The notes under the pieces were generated by a model. The model searched no databases. It had not been told where the DNA came from and saw only the letters and a list, made by a program, of their open reading frames with translations. A stretch of 64,000 nucleotides of DNA from Candidatus Ruania gallistercoris (GTDB lineage Bacteria; Actinomycetota; Actinomycetes; Actinomycetales; Beutenbergiaceae), in contig DXBY01000049.1 of NCBI GenBank assembly GCA_019116305.1, positions 9,386 through 73,385 of the forward strand. Reading direction: 5' to 3'. Both the position numbers and the translations under genes were made by a program. This document shows, one piece after another, positions 28,070-37,874 of the stretch (position 1 is its first letter; every line of letters starts with the position of its first letter).

Positions 28070-28813
28070 GTGAGTATCGAGCTGCCGCGGAGCGTGGTCA
28101 CCTCCCTGTGGCTGGCTGCCCTCTCGCGCGGGTCCGCAGAGCTGTCGCAGGCCGTGGCAGCGATCCAGGGCCAGGATGAACCGCACACCACCAGTGGCGG
28201 TGGCACGCTCAGCGATCTGCTCACCCAGCTGAGCACCGAGTACGAGGTGGTGCACGCCGCACTGCCGGTACCCGGTGCCGCCGGGGTGCCCCTCGAGGCT
28301 GCAGAAGCGGCGCTGGCCGCTGGGGAGGCTGTCCTGGTCCGGGCCACCGGGCAGACGACGACCACGGTCCCTGAGGTGACCGAGTTCGGGTCCGCGTGGG
28401 AGCCGGGCGCGATGGTGACCTGGCAGGTCACGGTGAGCTCCGCCGTCGTGAGCATGCCGGACTCTCTTGGGGAGGCGCGGCGAGATCTGACCGAGGCGCT
28501 GGAGCTGGCGATCGACGCCCTCACCCAGATGGATGTGGCTCGCTGGCGGGAGGAGGCCGCTACCGAGATCGGCCAGCTCGCCTCGGCTGACGTACCGCCG
28601 AGCATCGCCCGGGTGCTGCCACCGGGTCTGGACACCCGGGCCCGGGACCTGCTGGTGCGGGCCGCCCGGTTGCAGGCCATCGTGGCACTGGCTACCGAGG
28701 ACGACGGTGCCGCGGTGAACATGTGGCAGGCGGACCAGCGTGCCGCCGCGATGCGCCATGTCGGCAGCACCGCCCGGCGGGCGATGATGGCCGCCACCCT
28801 CAGCGCACGTTGA
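28070..28813 (+). CDS. Hypothetical protein
   Basis: Fills the gap between two genes with high-GC3 codons. GTG 28070 follows TACGTT plus 6 nt. No motif recognised. Confidence 0.7.
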   Translation: MSIELPRSVVTSLWLAALSRGSAELSQAVAAIQGQDEPHTTSGGGTLSDLLTQLSTEYEVVHAALPVPGAAGVPLEAAEAALAAGEAVLVRATGQTTTTVPEVTEFGSAWEPGAMVTWQVTVSSAVVSMPDSLGEARRDLTEALELAIDALTQMDVARWREEAATEIGQLASADVPPSIARVLPPGLDTRARDLLVRAARLQAIVALATEDDGAAVNMWQADQRAAAMRHVGSTARRAMMAATLSAR

Positions 28814-28822
28814 CCGGCGCAG

Positions 28823-30022
28823 TCAGGCGCCGAGCACGTCGGCGTAGACCTCGAGTGTCCGCTCGGCGATCGAGTCCCAGGAGAAGTGTTCCTCGGCGCG
28901 GGCGCGCCCCGCGGCGCCCATCGCCGCCGCCCGAGCCGGGTCGCCGGTCAGCTCGGTGAGCGCGGCGGCGAGGTCAGCGACGAACTGGTCCGGGTCCACG
29001 GGGGTCCCGGTGCCGTCGCTCACCTGCTCCAACGGCACCAGGAGGCCCGTGACGCCGTCCTCGACCACCTCGGGGATCCCCCCGGTGGCCGAACCGACCA
29101 CGGCGGTGCCGACCGCCATCGCCTCCAGGTTCACGATGCCGAGCGGTTCGTAGATCGAGGGGCAGACGAACACGGTGGAGGCCGCCAGCAGCGCCGTCAC
29201 CTGCTCCCTCGGCAGCATCTCGGAGATCCACACCACCCCGGAGCGGCGGGCCTGGAGCTGTTCCACCCCGGCGGTGACCTCCGCAGCCAGCTCGGGGGTG
29301 TCCGGGGCACCAGCGCAGAGGATCAGCTGCACCTCCGGCGGCAGGGACTCGGCGGCGGCCAGCAGGTAGGGCAGGCCCTTCTGCCGGGTGATCCGACCGA
29401 CGAAGATCACCGCGGGGCGCTCCGGGTCGATCCCGTGCGCGGCCGCGACCCGGGCGATCGTCTCCTCGTCCGGACGCTGCCAGGCGTCGAGGTCGATGCC
29501 GTTGTGCACCACCACCACCTTCTCCGGGTCGATCTGCGGGTAGGCGCGCAGGATGTCGGCGCGCATCCCGGCGCTGACAGCGATCACCCGGGCAGCCCCC
29601 TCGTAGGCGGTGCGCTCGGCCCAGCTGGACAGGGCGTAACCGCCGCCGAGCTGTTCGGCCTTCCAGGGCCGCAGCGGCTCCAGGCTGTGCGCGGAGAGCA
29701 CGTGCGGGATCTCGTGCAGCAATGCGGCCAGGTGCCCGGCAAGGTTGGCGTACCAGGTGTGCGAGTGCACCAGGTCGGCGCCGGCCACCTCGTCGGCCAT
29801 CCGTAGGTCGACACCGAAGGTGCGCAACGCCGGGTTCACCGCGGCCAGGTCCTCCGGTTCGGTATACCCGGTGACGTTCGGGGCGCCCGGCCGTGGCCCG
29901 TCGAAGCAGCGCACCTGCACCTCGATGTGCCGTGCCAGCACGGCGGACAACTCCGCGACGTGCACGCCGGCGCCGCCGTAGACGTGCGGGGGAAACTCGC
30001 GGGTGAGGAGGTCCACGCGCAT
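28823..30022 (-). CDS. glgA: Actinobacterial GlgA (GlgM, maltose-1-phosphate synthase), GT4
   Basis: [47 protein letters not shown] and [12 protein letters not shown]. Divergent from glgC. Confidence 0.95.
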   Translation of the reverse strand: MRVDLLTREFPPHVYGGAGVHVAELSAVLARHIEVQVRCFDGPRPGAPNVTGYTEPEDLAAVNPALRTFGVDLRMADEVAGADLVHSHTWYANLAGHLAALLHEIPHVLSAHSLEPLRPWKAEQLGGGYALSSWAERTAYEGAARVIAVSAGMRADILRAYPQIDPEKVVVVHNGIDLDAWQRPDEETIARVAAAHGIDPERPAVIFVGRITRQKGLPYLLAAAESLPPEVQLILCAGAPDTPELAAEVTAGVEQLQARRSGVVWISEMLPREQVTALLAASTVFVCPSIYEPLGIVNLEAMAVGTAVVGSATGGIPEVVEDGVTGLLVPLEQVSDGTGTPVDPDQFVADLAAALTELTGDPARAAAMGAAGRARAEEHFSWDSIAERTLEVYADVLGA

Positions 30023-30118
30023 CTTCTCGCTCCTTCTGGCCGAGGTGTCGACGGTCACAGCGAATCCACACTGCGATACCGATGGTGTGCTCTGCTGACT
30101 GACTCTATGGTTCTGAGC

Positions 30119-31363
30119 ATGGCAGCACCACGAGTTCTCGCAATCGTTCTGGCCGGCGGCGAAGGTAAGCGGCTGATGCCGTTGACACAGGACCGGGCGA
30201 AACCGGCCGTACCGTTCGGGGGGATCTACCGGTTGGTGGACTTCGCCCTCTCGAACGTGGTGAACTCCGGCTACCTCAAGGTCGTCGTGCTCACCCAGTA
30301 CAAGTCGCACTCGTTGGACCGGCACGTGGCCAAGACGTGGCGGATGTCCCACCTGCTCGGCAACTACGTGGCCCCTGTGCCGGCCCAGCAACGGGTGGGC
30401 AAGAACTGGTTCCTCGGCAGTGCGGATGCGATCTACCAGTCGCTGAACCTGCTGGACGACGAGAAGCCGGACATCGTGGTGGTGGTCGGTGCCGACCACG
30501 TCTACCGGATGGACTTCTCCCAGATGGTGTCCGCGCACATCGACTCCGGTGCGGAACTGACGGTGGCCGGGATCCGGCAGCCGAAGTCGCTGGCCGACCA
30601 GTTCGGGGTGATCTCAGCCTCGGCGTCCGATCCGCGGCGGATCGCGGAGTTCCTGGAGAAGCCGGCTGACCCGCCCGGGCTGGCCGACTCCCCCGAGGAG
30701 GTGCTCGCCTCGATGGGCAACTATGTGATGAACGCCGACGCGATGACCGATGCGGTCACCCGGGACGCTCGGTCGACCACCTCCCGGCACGACATGGGCG
30801 GGGACATCGTGCCCTACTTCGTGGACAAGGGTCAGTGCGGGCTGTATGACTTCATCGACAACGACGTACCCGGCTCGACCCCCCGGGACCGAGACTACTG
30901 GCGGGACGTGGGGACGCTAGACGCCTACTACGACGCGAACCAGGACCTGATCGCCGTGGAACCGGTGTTCAACCTGTACAACAACGAGTGGCCGCTCTAC
31001 ACCGGCTACACCGGCCTGCCACCGGCGAAGTTCGTGCACGAGAGCGGTGACCGGGTGGGCCATGCGACCGACTCGATCATCTCCCCCGGTGTAGTGGTCT
31101 CCGGTGGGGATGTGAGCTCCTCGGTGCTCTCCCCGGATGTGCGAGTGCACTCCTGGTCCCAGGTGACCGGATCGGTGCTGATGGACGGTGTACAGGTGGG
31201 CCGGCACGCACGCGTGACCAACGCGATCCTGGACAAGTCGGTGGTGGTGGCCGAGGGGGCCACTGTGGGCGTGGACCGGGAGCTGGATGCTGCCCGAGGC
31301 TTCACCGTCACCGCCGACGGCGTGACCGTGGTGCCGAAGAACGGCCGCGTGGACGCGCAGTGA
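30119..31363 (+). CDS. glgC: Glucose-1-phosphate adenylyltransferase
   Basis: [34 protein letters not shown] and YWRDVGT, with C-terminal beta-helix. Confidence 0.97.
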   Translation: MAAPRVLAIVLAGGEGKRLMPLTQDRAKPAVPFGGIYRLVDFALSNVVNSGYLKVVVLTQYKSHSLDRHVAKTWRMSHLLGNYVAPVPAQQRVGKNWFLGSADAIYQSLNLLDDEKPDIVVVVGADHVYRMDFSQMVSAHIDSGAELTVAGIRQPKSLADQFGVISASASDPRRIAEFLEKPADPPGLADSPEEVLASMGNYVMNADAMTDAVTRDARSTTSRHDMGGDIVPYFVDKGQCGLYDFIDNDVPGSTPRDRDYWRDVGTLDAYYDANQDLIAVEPVFNLYNNEWPLYTGYTGLPPAKFVHESGDRVGHATDSIISPGVVVSGGDVSSSVLSPDVRVHSWSQVTGSVLMDGVQVGRHARVTNAILDKSVVVAEGATVGVDRELDAARGFTVTADGVTVVPKNGRVDAQ

Positions 31364-32040
31364 GCGGACCTTCCGACGCGAATGGCACGACGCGGTACCT
31401 CGTGGTGCTGGATGTGGACTCCACGTTCATCACCGCTGAGCAGATCGACCTGCTCGCCGGCTATGCCGGCTCCGGTGCCGAGGTGGCAGCGATCACCGAG
31501 CGGGCCATGGCCGGTGAGCTGGACTTCGCCGCCTCGCTGCGAGCCCGGGTGGCCACCCTGGCCGGGTTGGACGCAGGCCTGCTGGACGAGGTGCGCGCGC
31601 AGATCGAGCTGAGTCCGGGGGCTGCCGACCTGGTGGCCGGTGCCCGGGTTCGGGACTGGCCGGTGGCACTGGTCTCCGGGGGTTTTCACGAGATCGTCGA
31701 CCCGATCGCTGCCGAGCACGGCATCACCCGGGTGCGGGCGAACCGCTTCGCAGTGGCCGACGGCAGGCTCACCGGTGAGCTCGACGGTCCGATCGTGGAC
31801 CGGGCGGCGAAGGCGCACTGGTTGCGCACGTTCGCCGCCGAGGACGGCGTGCCGTTGGCGCACACGGTGGCCATCGGCGACGGCGCGAACGACCTGGACA
31901 TGCTTGCTGCCGCGGGTCTGGGGGTCGCCTTCCACGCCAAACCAGTGGTGGCCGCGCAGGCGGACGTCGCGATCGAGTCCGGTGGGCTGGAGCAGGTGCT
32001 GGACCTGGTCGGTGCCTCGGCCTCCGATCCGGCGGGCTGA
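31360..32040 (+). CDS. serB: Phosphoserine phosphatase (HAD)
   Basis: [21 protein letters not shown], and GDGANDLDM. Confidence 0.9.
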   Translation: MSGPSDANGTTRYLVVLDVDSTFITAEQIDLLAGYAGSGAEVAAITERAMAGELDFAASLRARVATLAGLDAGLLDEVRAQIELSPGAADLVAGARVRDWPVALVSGGFHEIVDPIAAEHGITRVRANRFAVADGRLTGELDGPIVDRAAKAHWLRTFAAEDGVPLAHTVAIGDGANDLDMLAAAGLGVAFHAKPVVAAQADVAIESGGLEQVLDLVGASASDPAG

Positions 32041-32086
32041 TCGGTAGTGGACGCCCAGACGCGGCACCAACGAAACGCCCACGAAC

Positions 32087-32124
32087 CTATTGACTATCGA
32101 TAGATAACTATCGACAATCAATAG
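32087..32124 (+). promoter_or_regulatory. AT-rich leaderless promoter with nested palindromes (probable XRE operator)
   Basis: TTGACT (32090-32095)-N17-GACAAT (32113-32118)-6 nt-ATG. Outer CTATTGA/TCAATAG, inner CTATCGATAG, and ACTATCGA twice. Confidence 0.75.
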
Positions 32125-32619
32125 ATGTCACCCGACTACACGCGTCCGTCGCTCGGCCTGGTCATCGTGACCCAGGTGGTCCTCTGCATCCTGTTCCTCG
32201 TCGGCCTGGGCGCGATCGCCCTCCTCCCCAGCGTCTCCTCGGGCGTCGCCACGAGCCTTCCCGAGTTTGCGGAGCTTCGTGACCCGCTCCTGGCTGTGGC
32301 GGTTGGATTCACGTTCCTCGGTCTCATCGCGCTCGCCATGGTCGCGCTGCTCGTGTACCGCATCTACGCGGGAACCGTGCTGACCCGTACTTCCCTGCTC
32401 TGGGTCGACGTCATCGTCGCCACGCTGGCATGCGCCCTCGTGCTGATCGTCACCGGCTCAGTCACCATCAGCAACGGCGAGGCAGGGAGCCCGTTCCTCC
32501 TGCTCGTCCAGGCGATGGCGTGCCTCACCCTGACCGCTCTCGCCTGCATCACGTTGGTGCTCCGCTCGCTGCTGCGGAACGCGATCGGGATGCGCGCCGA
32601 GCTGGACGAGGTGGTCTGA
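32125..32619 (+). CDS. DUF2975-like membrane protein
   Basis: Four TM helices and C-terminal A..MRAELDEVV. TGATG overlap with an XRE gene is typical of this pair. Confidence 0.85.
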   Translation: MSPDYTRPSLGLVIVTQVVLCILFLVGLGAIALLPSVSSGVATSLPEFAELRDPLLAVAVGFTFLGLIALAMVALLVYRIYAGTVLTRTSLLWVDVIVATLACALVLIVTGSVTISNGEAGSPFLLLVQAMACLTLTALACITLVLRSLLRNAIGMRAELDEVV

Positions 32620-32822
32620 TGGCGATCCAGATCACGATCGACCGGATGCTGGCCGAGCGCGGGATGAGCGTCGGCGACTTCGCGGAGGCGATCGGCATCA
32701 CCCCGGCGAACGTCGCGGTGCTGAAGAACGGCCGGGCGAAGGCGGTCCGGTTCTCCACCCTGGACGCGATCTGTCGCGTCCTCGACTGCCAGCCCGGCGA
32801 CGTCCTGCGCTACGAGGAGTAG
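32619..32822 (+). CDS. Cro/CI (XRE, YozG-like) HTH regulator
   Basis: MAIQITIDRMLAERGMSV..AEAIGITPANVAVLKNGRAKAVRFSTLDAICRVLDCQPGDVL. Confidence 0.93.
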   Translation: MAIQITIDRMLAERGMSVGDFAEAIGITPANVAVLKNGRAKAVRFSTLDAICRVLDCQPGDVLRYEE

Positions 32823-32830
32823 GAGCTACG

Positions 32831-33847
32831 GTGGCTGACCTCCTCGAGTCTACCCCTGCCTCGGGCCGACGGCGTAGGCGGCGCTGGTACCCGTGGCTGA
32901 CCGTCCCGGCGGCCCTGATGGCCACGGTGCTGGCAGTCCTCCCCCATCTTCGGCTGGTCCAGCCGTGGCTGGTGCCGTCGGTGCAGGCCCTGGTGCCGGT
33001 GGTGGCCGTGGCCTGCCTGGTGGTCGCTGTGCTGCTGGTGCTGGTGCGGCGCCGGGCGCCGGCGGTGCTGCTCCTCGCTGGCGCCCTGGCCGGGCTGGCG
33101 CCGGCACTCGTGCCGTGGCCGATGGCCGCTGACGAGCCGGCATCGTCCACCGGCGGGCAGCTGACCGTGCTCAGCCTGAATGTCCAGTACGGTCGCGCCG
33201 ACCGCGAGGCAGTGGTGGACGCGGTGGCCACCCGGGACGTGGAGGTACTGGTCCTGCTGGAAGCCGACGAAGCGCTGCTCGAGGACCTGGCAGCCCTCGG
33301 CCTGACCGAGGCGCTGCCGTACCGGACCGAGCCGATCAGCTCCGGTGGGGCGGCCGGCAGCGCCATCCTCTCCGCCCACCCGCTGCATCTGGAGGGCCGA
33401 ATCGCCCTCCCCCAGGTGAGGGCACAGTTCGACCAGCCGGTCGCCGTCGTCCAGCACCCCGACCTCGGACCGGTCCGGGTGGCCGCGATCCACCCGGTCC
33501 CGCCGATCGATGCGGTCCAGTCCTGGCAGGCGGCCCTGCGCGGCCTGGACGACTGGCAGAGCGCGCACACGGATATACCTCTGGTGCTGGCCGGGGACTT
33601 CAACGCCGGCTACCCACACCCACAGTTCCGCGCGATCGCTGCCGACCTGACCGACACCGCATCGCTGGCCGGACCGCTGCCCCGGCCGACCTGGCCGGTC
33701 GGCGCCCGGGTCCCCGCGTTCACCACGATCGACCACGTCCTGGTGCGTGGCCTGGTCCCGGTCGGCTGGGCACAGGTGACCGTGCCGGGCACCGACCACC
33801 GGGGCATCGCGGCCACGGTGACCCCGACGGCGGACGCGGCCGGCTGA
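32831..33847 (+). CDS. Membrane-anchored endonuclease/exonuclease/phosphatase (EEP, YafD-like)
   Basis: N-terminal TMs, SLNV, LLEAD, AIHPVPP, LAGDFNA, IDHVL and GTDH. Confidence 0.88.
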   Translation: MADLLESTPASGRRRRRRWYPWLTVPAALMATVLAVLPHLRLVQPWLVPSVQALVPVVAVACLVVAVLLVLVRRRAPAVLLLAGALAGLAPALVPWPMAADEPASSTGGQLTVLSLNVQYGRADREAVVDAVATRDVEVLVLLEADEALLEDLAALGLTEALPYRTEPISSGGAAGSAILSAHPLHLEGRIALPQVRAQFDQPVAVVQHPDLGPVRVAAIHPVPPIDAVQSWQAALRGLDDWQSAHTDIPLVLAGDFNAGYPHPQFRAIAADLTDTASLAGPLPRPTWPVGARVPAFTTIDHVLVRGLVPVGWAQVTVPGTDHRGIAATVTPTADAAG

Positions 33848-33917
33848 CCGGGCTGCGGAATCCGGGTGACAGCCGGGCCTTTCCCGTGACACGCTCACCC
33901 TGGCCCCGGGAGGTGCC

Positions 33918-35159
33918 GTGCCCCGTCGTCTGGTCCTGACCGCTATGCCCGCGGCAGGTCACGTGAACCCGAGCGCACCGCTGATCGGCGAGCTGGTCGA
34001 TCGTGGCGTGGACGTGAGGGTCTACGCCACCGAGGAGTTCCGCCCCCTGATCGAACGGCTGGGTGCCGAGTGCCGCACGTACCCGCCAGGGACGATCTCC
34101 TCCGGCGTGATCGCCGAGGCCACGAACGCGGGTGGCTCCCCGAAGGTCGCCCAACGGATCTTCGAGTCCGCCCACCTGCTGGTGCCTTTCCTGCAGGCGG
34201 AGCTGCAGGATCGCAGCACAGAGGCGATCATGTTCGACTCCAACGCCCTGTGGGGACGGATGGTGGCGACGAGCCTGCGACTGCCCGCCATCTCGATGAT
34301 GACCACGATGCGGATCTCCCCCGCCGAGCTGCGCGGACTGAGCGCACGCGAGTCGCTACCGCTCCTGAGGCAGACACTCGCCGCCCTGCCGGGACTGCTC
34401 CGGGCCACACGGCGCCTCCGCCGAGGGGTCGGTACCGGCCTCGTTCCACCCAGTCCGGTGCTCCCGGCGCAGGGTGATCTGACCCTCTTCCCGTTGCCGG
34501 AGTGGATGCAGGCGGACAGCGATCGGGACGATCCCACCTGCCACTACGTCGGCCCGACCTTCGATGCCGGCACGCGTACCGAAGAGCTCGATGGCCCGCT
34601 GCGGGAGCTCCTGGGCCGCGACGGGCCACTGGTCGTGGTCTCACTGGGAACGCTGCACAGTGGTGGCGAGGACTTCTTCCGCGCCTGCGTCGAGGCCTTC
34701 GCAGAGTTGCCGGCCACTGTGCTGCTGGTGGTGGGGCGGCGCACCGAACCGCCCGCCCCTGACTCACTGCCGGCCAACATCGCCGTGCGCTCCGTCGTCC
34801 CTCAGCTCGAGGTCCTGCAGCATGCCGCGGCGTTCGTCACGCACGGTGGGATGAACAGTGTCCTCGAGGCGCTGCACTGTGCTGTACCGATGCTGATCCT
34901 GCCGCAGCAGGTCGAGCAGCTGTGCATCGGAGAGGCGATTGCCCGGCAGGATGCAGCGATCGTGCACCGGCACCACTTCCACGGGCGGGAGATCACCGCC
35001 GACGAGCTGCGCACGAGCGTCCAGGCACTGCTCGGCCAGAGGCGGTACCGCGCTGGGGCATGGGCCGTGGCGCAGACGCTGCGCGAGGGTGGCGGCGCCG
35101 CAGCGGCCGTCGACCAGATCGACGACCTCCTGCGTGACCGGGAGACCCCGGCGTTCTAG
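33918..35159 (+). CDS. GT1 UDP-glycosyltransferase (MGT/OleD-like)
   Basis: PAAGHVNP (catalytic H), YVGP, VSLGT and FVTHGGMNSVLEAL..PQQVEQ. Confidence 0.88.
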   Translation: MPRRLVLTAMPAAGHVNPSAPLIGELVDRGVDVRVYATEEFRPLIERLGAECRTYPPGTISSGVIAEATNAGGSPKVAQRIFESAHLLVPFLQAELQDRSTEAIMFDSNALWGRMVATSLRLPAISMMTTMRISPAELRGLSARESLPLLRQTLAALPGLLRATRRLRRGVGTGLVPPSPVLPAQGDLTLFPLPEWMQADSDRDDPTCHYVGPTFDAGTRTEELDGPLRELLGRDGPLVVVSLGTLHSGGEDFFRACVEAFAELPATVLLVVGRRTEPPAPDSLPANIAVRSVVPQLEVLQHAAAFVTHGGMNSVLEALHCAVPMLILPQQVEQLCIGEAIARQDAAIVHRHHFHGREITADELRTSVQALLGQRRYRAGAWAVAQTLREGGGAAAAVDQIDDLLRDRETPAF

Positions 35160-35689
35160 CTACGGCAGGTGGCCAGGGCGGTCAGGACCGCGCCGTGTCG
35201 CTCCAGCCGGGCCCACGGGCCGCGGTGGCTGAGCAGAGCAGCCGTCGCGGTGGACATCCCGGTGCGCACCCGCAGCGCCGCCTCCTCCTGGGAGGAGGGT
35301 CCGGCGAGGTAGTGCGCGACGGCGGAGGTCACCGGTTCGTGCCCGACCACGAGCACATCGGTTACCTCCTCGCTCACCCCGTGCAGCAGGTCCAGCACCT
35401 CCTCCAGGTCGGCGCCGTAGAGCAGGTCCAGGTACTGGGTGTCGATCGCCTCGGCGTCGGTGCCGTAGGCGTTGGCGGCCAGCTCCCAGGTCTGCCGGGC
35501 GCGGGTGGCGCTCGAGCACAGCACCAGCTGGGGCACGACGGCGCTCTCCTGGAGTCGCTGCCCGATCGCGCGGGCGTCGCCGCGCCCGTCCAGGGTCAGG
35601 GTGCGGTCGACGTCGTGGGTGGCGTGGTGCTCGGCCTGGGCGTGCCGGAGCAGCGTCAGGTGTTTCGTCTCATCCTCGAGCTCGGTCAT
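35156..35689 (-). CDS. SixA-like histidine phosphatase
   Basis: LLRHAQA, R.LT..G, SSATRARQT and VGHEP. Confidence 0.9.
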   Translation of the reverse strand: MTELEDETKHLTLLRHAQAEHHATHDVDRTLTLDGRGDARAIGQRLQESAVVPQLVLCSSATRARQTWELAANAYGTDAEAIDTQYLDLLYGADLEEVLDLLHGVSEEVTDVLVVGHEPVTSAVAHYLAGPSSQEEAALRVRTGMSTATAALLSHRGPWARLERHGAVLTALATCRS

Positions 35690-35693
35690 GGCT

Positions 35694-36461
35694 CTAGAGT
35701 CCCATGGCGTGCACGCCGCCGTCGACGTGAACGATCTCCGCCGTGGTGGCCGGCAGCCAGTCCGAGAGCAGCGCGACGATGGTGCGGGCGGTCGGCTCGG
35801 AGTCGGTCACGTCCCAGCCCAGGGGCGCGCGGTCTGGCCAGCCACCCTCCATCTCCTCGAACCCGGGGATCGACTTCGCTGCGGTGGTGCGCAGCGGACC
35901 GGCGGAGACCAGGTTCACCCGGATCCCCTCCGGGCCCAGGTCCCGGGCCAGGTAGCGGGCGGTGGACTCGAAAGCTGCCTTGGCCACGCCCATCCAGTCA
36001 TACACCGGCCAGGCGTACTGCGCATCGAAGGTCAGGCCGACCACCGAGGAGCCACGGCCCATCAGCGGCTTGCTGGCCACCGCCAGCGACTTCAGGGAGT
36101 AGGCGGACACCTCCAGCGCGGTGGCCACATCCGGCCACTCGCCGGCGAGGAAGTTGCCGCCCATCACGCTCTGCGGGGCGAACCCGATCGAGTGCACCAC
36201 CCCGTCCAGGTGGTCGACGTGCTCACCGACCCGCTCGGCGAGCGCGCTCAGGTCCTCGGCGTCGGTGACGTCGAGTTGCACCACCGGTGCCGGCTTCGGC
36301 AGCCGGCGCGCGATCGCGCCGGTGAGCTTGAGCTGACGGCCGAACGAGGAGAGCACCACCTCAGCCCCCTGCTCCTGCGCCAGCCGGGCGACGGTGAACG
36401 CGATGGAGCTCTCCATCAGTACCCCGGTGACGAGGATTTTCTTGCCTTCCAGCAGACCCAT
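35694..36461 (-). CDS. fabI: Enoyl-ACP reductase (InhA/FabI)
   Basis: GVLMESSIAF, VVHSIGFAP, YDWMGVAK and VSAGPLRT. Confidence 0.96.
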   Translation of the reverse strand: MGLLEGKKILVTGVLMESSIAFTVARLAQEQGAEVVLSSFGRQLKLTGAIARRLPKPAPVVQLDVTDAEDLSALAERVGEHVDHLDGVVHSIGFAPQSVMGGNFLAGEWPDVATALEVSAYSLKSLAVASKPLMGRGSSVVGLTFDAQYAWPVYDWMGVAKAAFESTARYLARDLGPEGIRVNLVSAGPLRTTAAKSIPGFEEMEGGWPDRAPLGWDVTDSEPTARTIVALLSDWLPATTAEIVHVDGGVHAMGL

Positions 36462-36499
36462 CTGTTTCGCCTTCCTCTCGTACTGTGCCAGGTGCGCCT

Positions 36500-37219
36500 T
36501 CAGTGCCCCATGCCCAGTCCGCCGTCGACCGGGAGCACCGCCCCGCTGATGTAGCCGGCCTGCTCCGAGGCCAGGTAGGTGACCGCCTCGGCGACGTCGT
36601 CGGCCTGCCCGAACCGGCCCGCCGGGATCGAGGCGAGGTACTGCTGCTGGGTGGCCTCGGGCAGCTCGCCGGTCATCGCGGTCTCGATGAACCCGGGGGC
36701 GACCACGTTCGCGGTGATCCCGCGTCCGCCCAGCTCACGGGTGACCGAGCGGGCCATCCCCACCAGTCCGGCCTTCGAAGCCGCGTAGTTCACCTGGCCG
36801 GGGGAGCCGTAAAGGCCCACCACCGAGGAGATCAGCACGATCCGCCCGCCGCGGCGGCGGATCATTCCCTTGGTCACCCGGCGCACGCAACGGAACACCC
36901 CGGTGAGGTTGACGTCCACCACGTCGGTGAACTCCTCCTCACTCATCCGCATCACCAGGGTGTCCTTGTTGATGCCGGCGTTCGCCACGAGCACGTCAGT
37001 GGGCCCCTGGTGGGCCTCGATCGCGGTGAAGGCAGCCTCGATCGAGGCGGTGTCCCGCATGTCCCCCTCCACGCCGTACACCCCGTGCGGGGCCTGGCCG
37101 CTGCGGGAGATCCCGGCCACCCGGTAACCCTCGGTCAGCAGGCGCTGGGCGATCGCGGCGCCGATGCCACGGTTCGCCCCGGTCACCACGGCGGTGCGGG
37201 GGGCGGGGTCCTCAGTCAC
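36500..37219 (-). CDS. fabG: 3-oxoacyl-ACP reductase
   Basis: TGANRGIG, ANAG, NYAASKAG and VAPGFIET. Upstream of fabI as in fabG1-inhA. Confidence 0.95.
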   Translation of the reverse strand: MTEDPAPRTAVVTGANRGIGAAIAQRLLTEGYRVAGISRSGQAPHGVYGVEGDMRDTASIEAAFTAIEAHQGPTDVLVANAGINKDTLVMRMSEEEFTDVVDVNLTGVFRCVRRVTKGMIRRRGGRIVLISSVVGLYGSPGQVNYAASKAGLVGMARSVTRELGGRGITANVVAPGFIETAMTGELPEATQQQYLASIPAGRFGQADDVAEAVTYLASEQAGYISGAVLPVDGGLGMGH

Positions 37220-37362
37220 GACTGTGCTCCGTTCGTCCTGGCGGTTCGCTGCTCGGACACGCTAGCGCGGATTGCCGGTGCGGCGGGTCATCTGCCACGG
37301 CGCGGACACCAGCCGGCCGGCTGCGGGGGGTGTACCCGGCCCACCAGGCGTACCCTGGAGGG

Positions 37363-37671
37363 GTGCCTGAGGTTCACACGATCACCACGGCCGGGCGCCC
37401 GCAGAGCGAGCGGTCCCGGGAGAAGATCAGGCGCTACCTGATCACGATGGGGATCCGCACGGTCTGCTTCGTCGCCGCGATCGTGACCGAGGGCTGGGTA
37501 CGGTGGGTGTGCGTGGCGCTGGCAGCGATCCTGCCGCTGATCGCGGTGCTGCTGGCGAACGCCGGCGGTGACGTCCGGCGCACCGGTGGTGCCCTGGTGA
37601 ACGCCTCCGGTCTACCGGCCGCCGAGACACGCCCGAACAGCGACGACGACCCCACAGGAGCGAACCGATGA
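37363..37671 (+). CDS. DUF3099-like small membrane protein
   Basis: R.Y.ITMGIRTVCF...AILPLIAVLLAN. GTG 37363 follows TACCCT plus 6 nt. Confidence 0.85.
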   Translation: MPEVHTITTAGRPQSERSREKIRRYLITMGIRTVCFVAAIVTEGWVRWVCVALAAILPLIAVLLANAGGDVRRTGGALVNASGLPAAETRPNSDDDPTGANR

Positions 37672-37874
37672 GTGAGGTGATGTGCAGTGCCAAGGGGTGC
37701 CGTGCGGTGGCCCTGTGGGCGTTGCGGTGGAACAACCCCAAACTGCACGACGAGCAGCGCCGCAAGACCTGGCTGGCCTGCGAGGACCACCGGGTGCACC
37801 TGGAGAACTTTCTCGCCGCCCGCTCGTTCCTGCGCGAGACGATCAGCGTGAGTGAACTCCCTCGTGACGCATGA
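37668..37874 (+). CDS. Small conserved actinobacterial protein with CxxxxC...CxxH putative metal site
   Basis: CSAKGC...WNNPKLH..RRKTWLACEDH. Overlaps both neighbours by 4 nt. Confidence 0.8.
   Translation: MSEVMCSAKGCRAVALWALRWNNPKLHDEQRRKTWLACEDHRVHLENFLAARSFLRETISVSELPRDA

Noticed and set aside
33848-33917. Rifamycin-associated element upstream of the GT1 gene
   Set aside because: The 19-bp RAE palindrome is not present; only a GTGACA direct repeat is seen.
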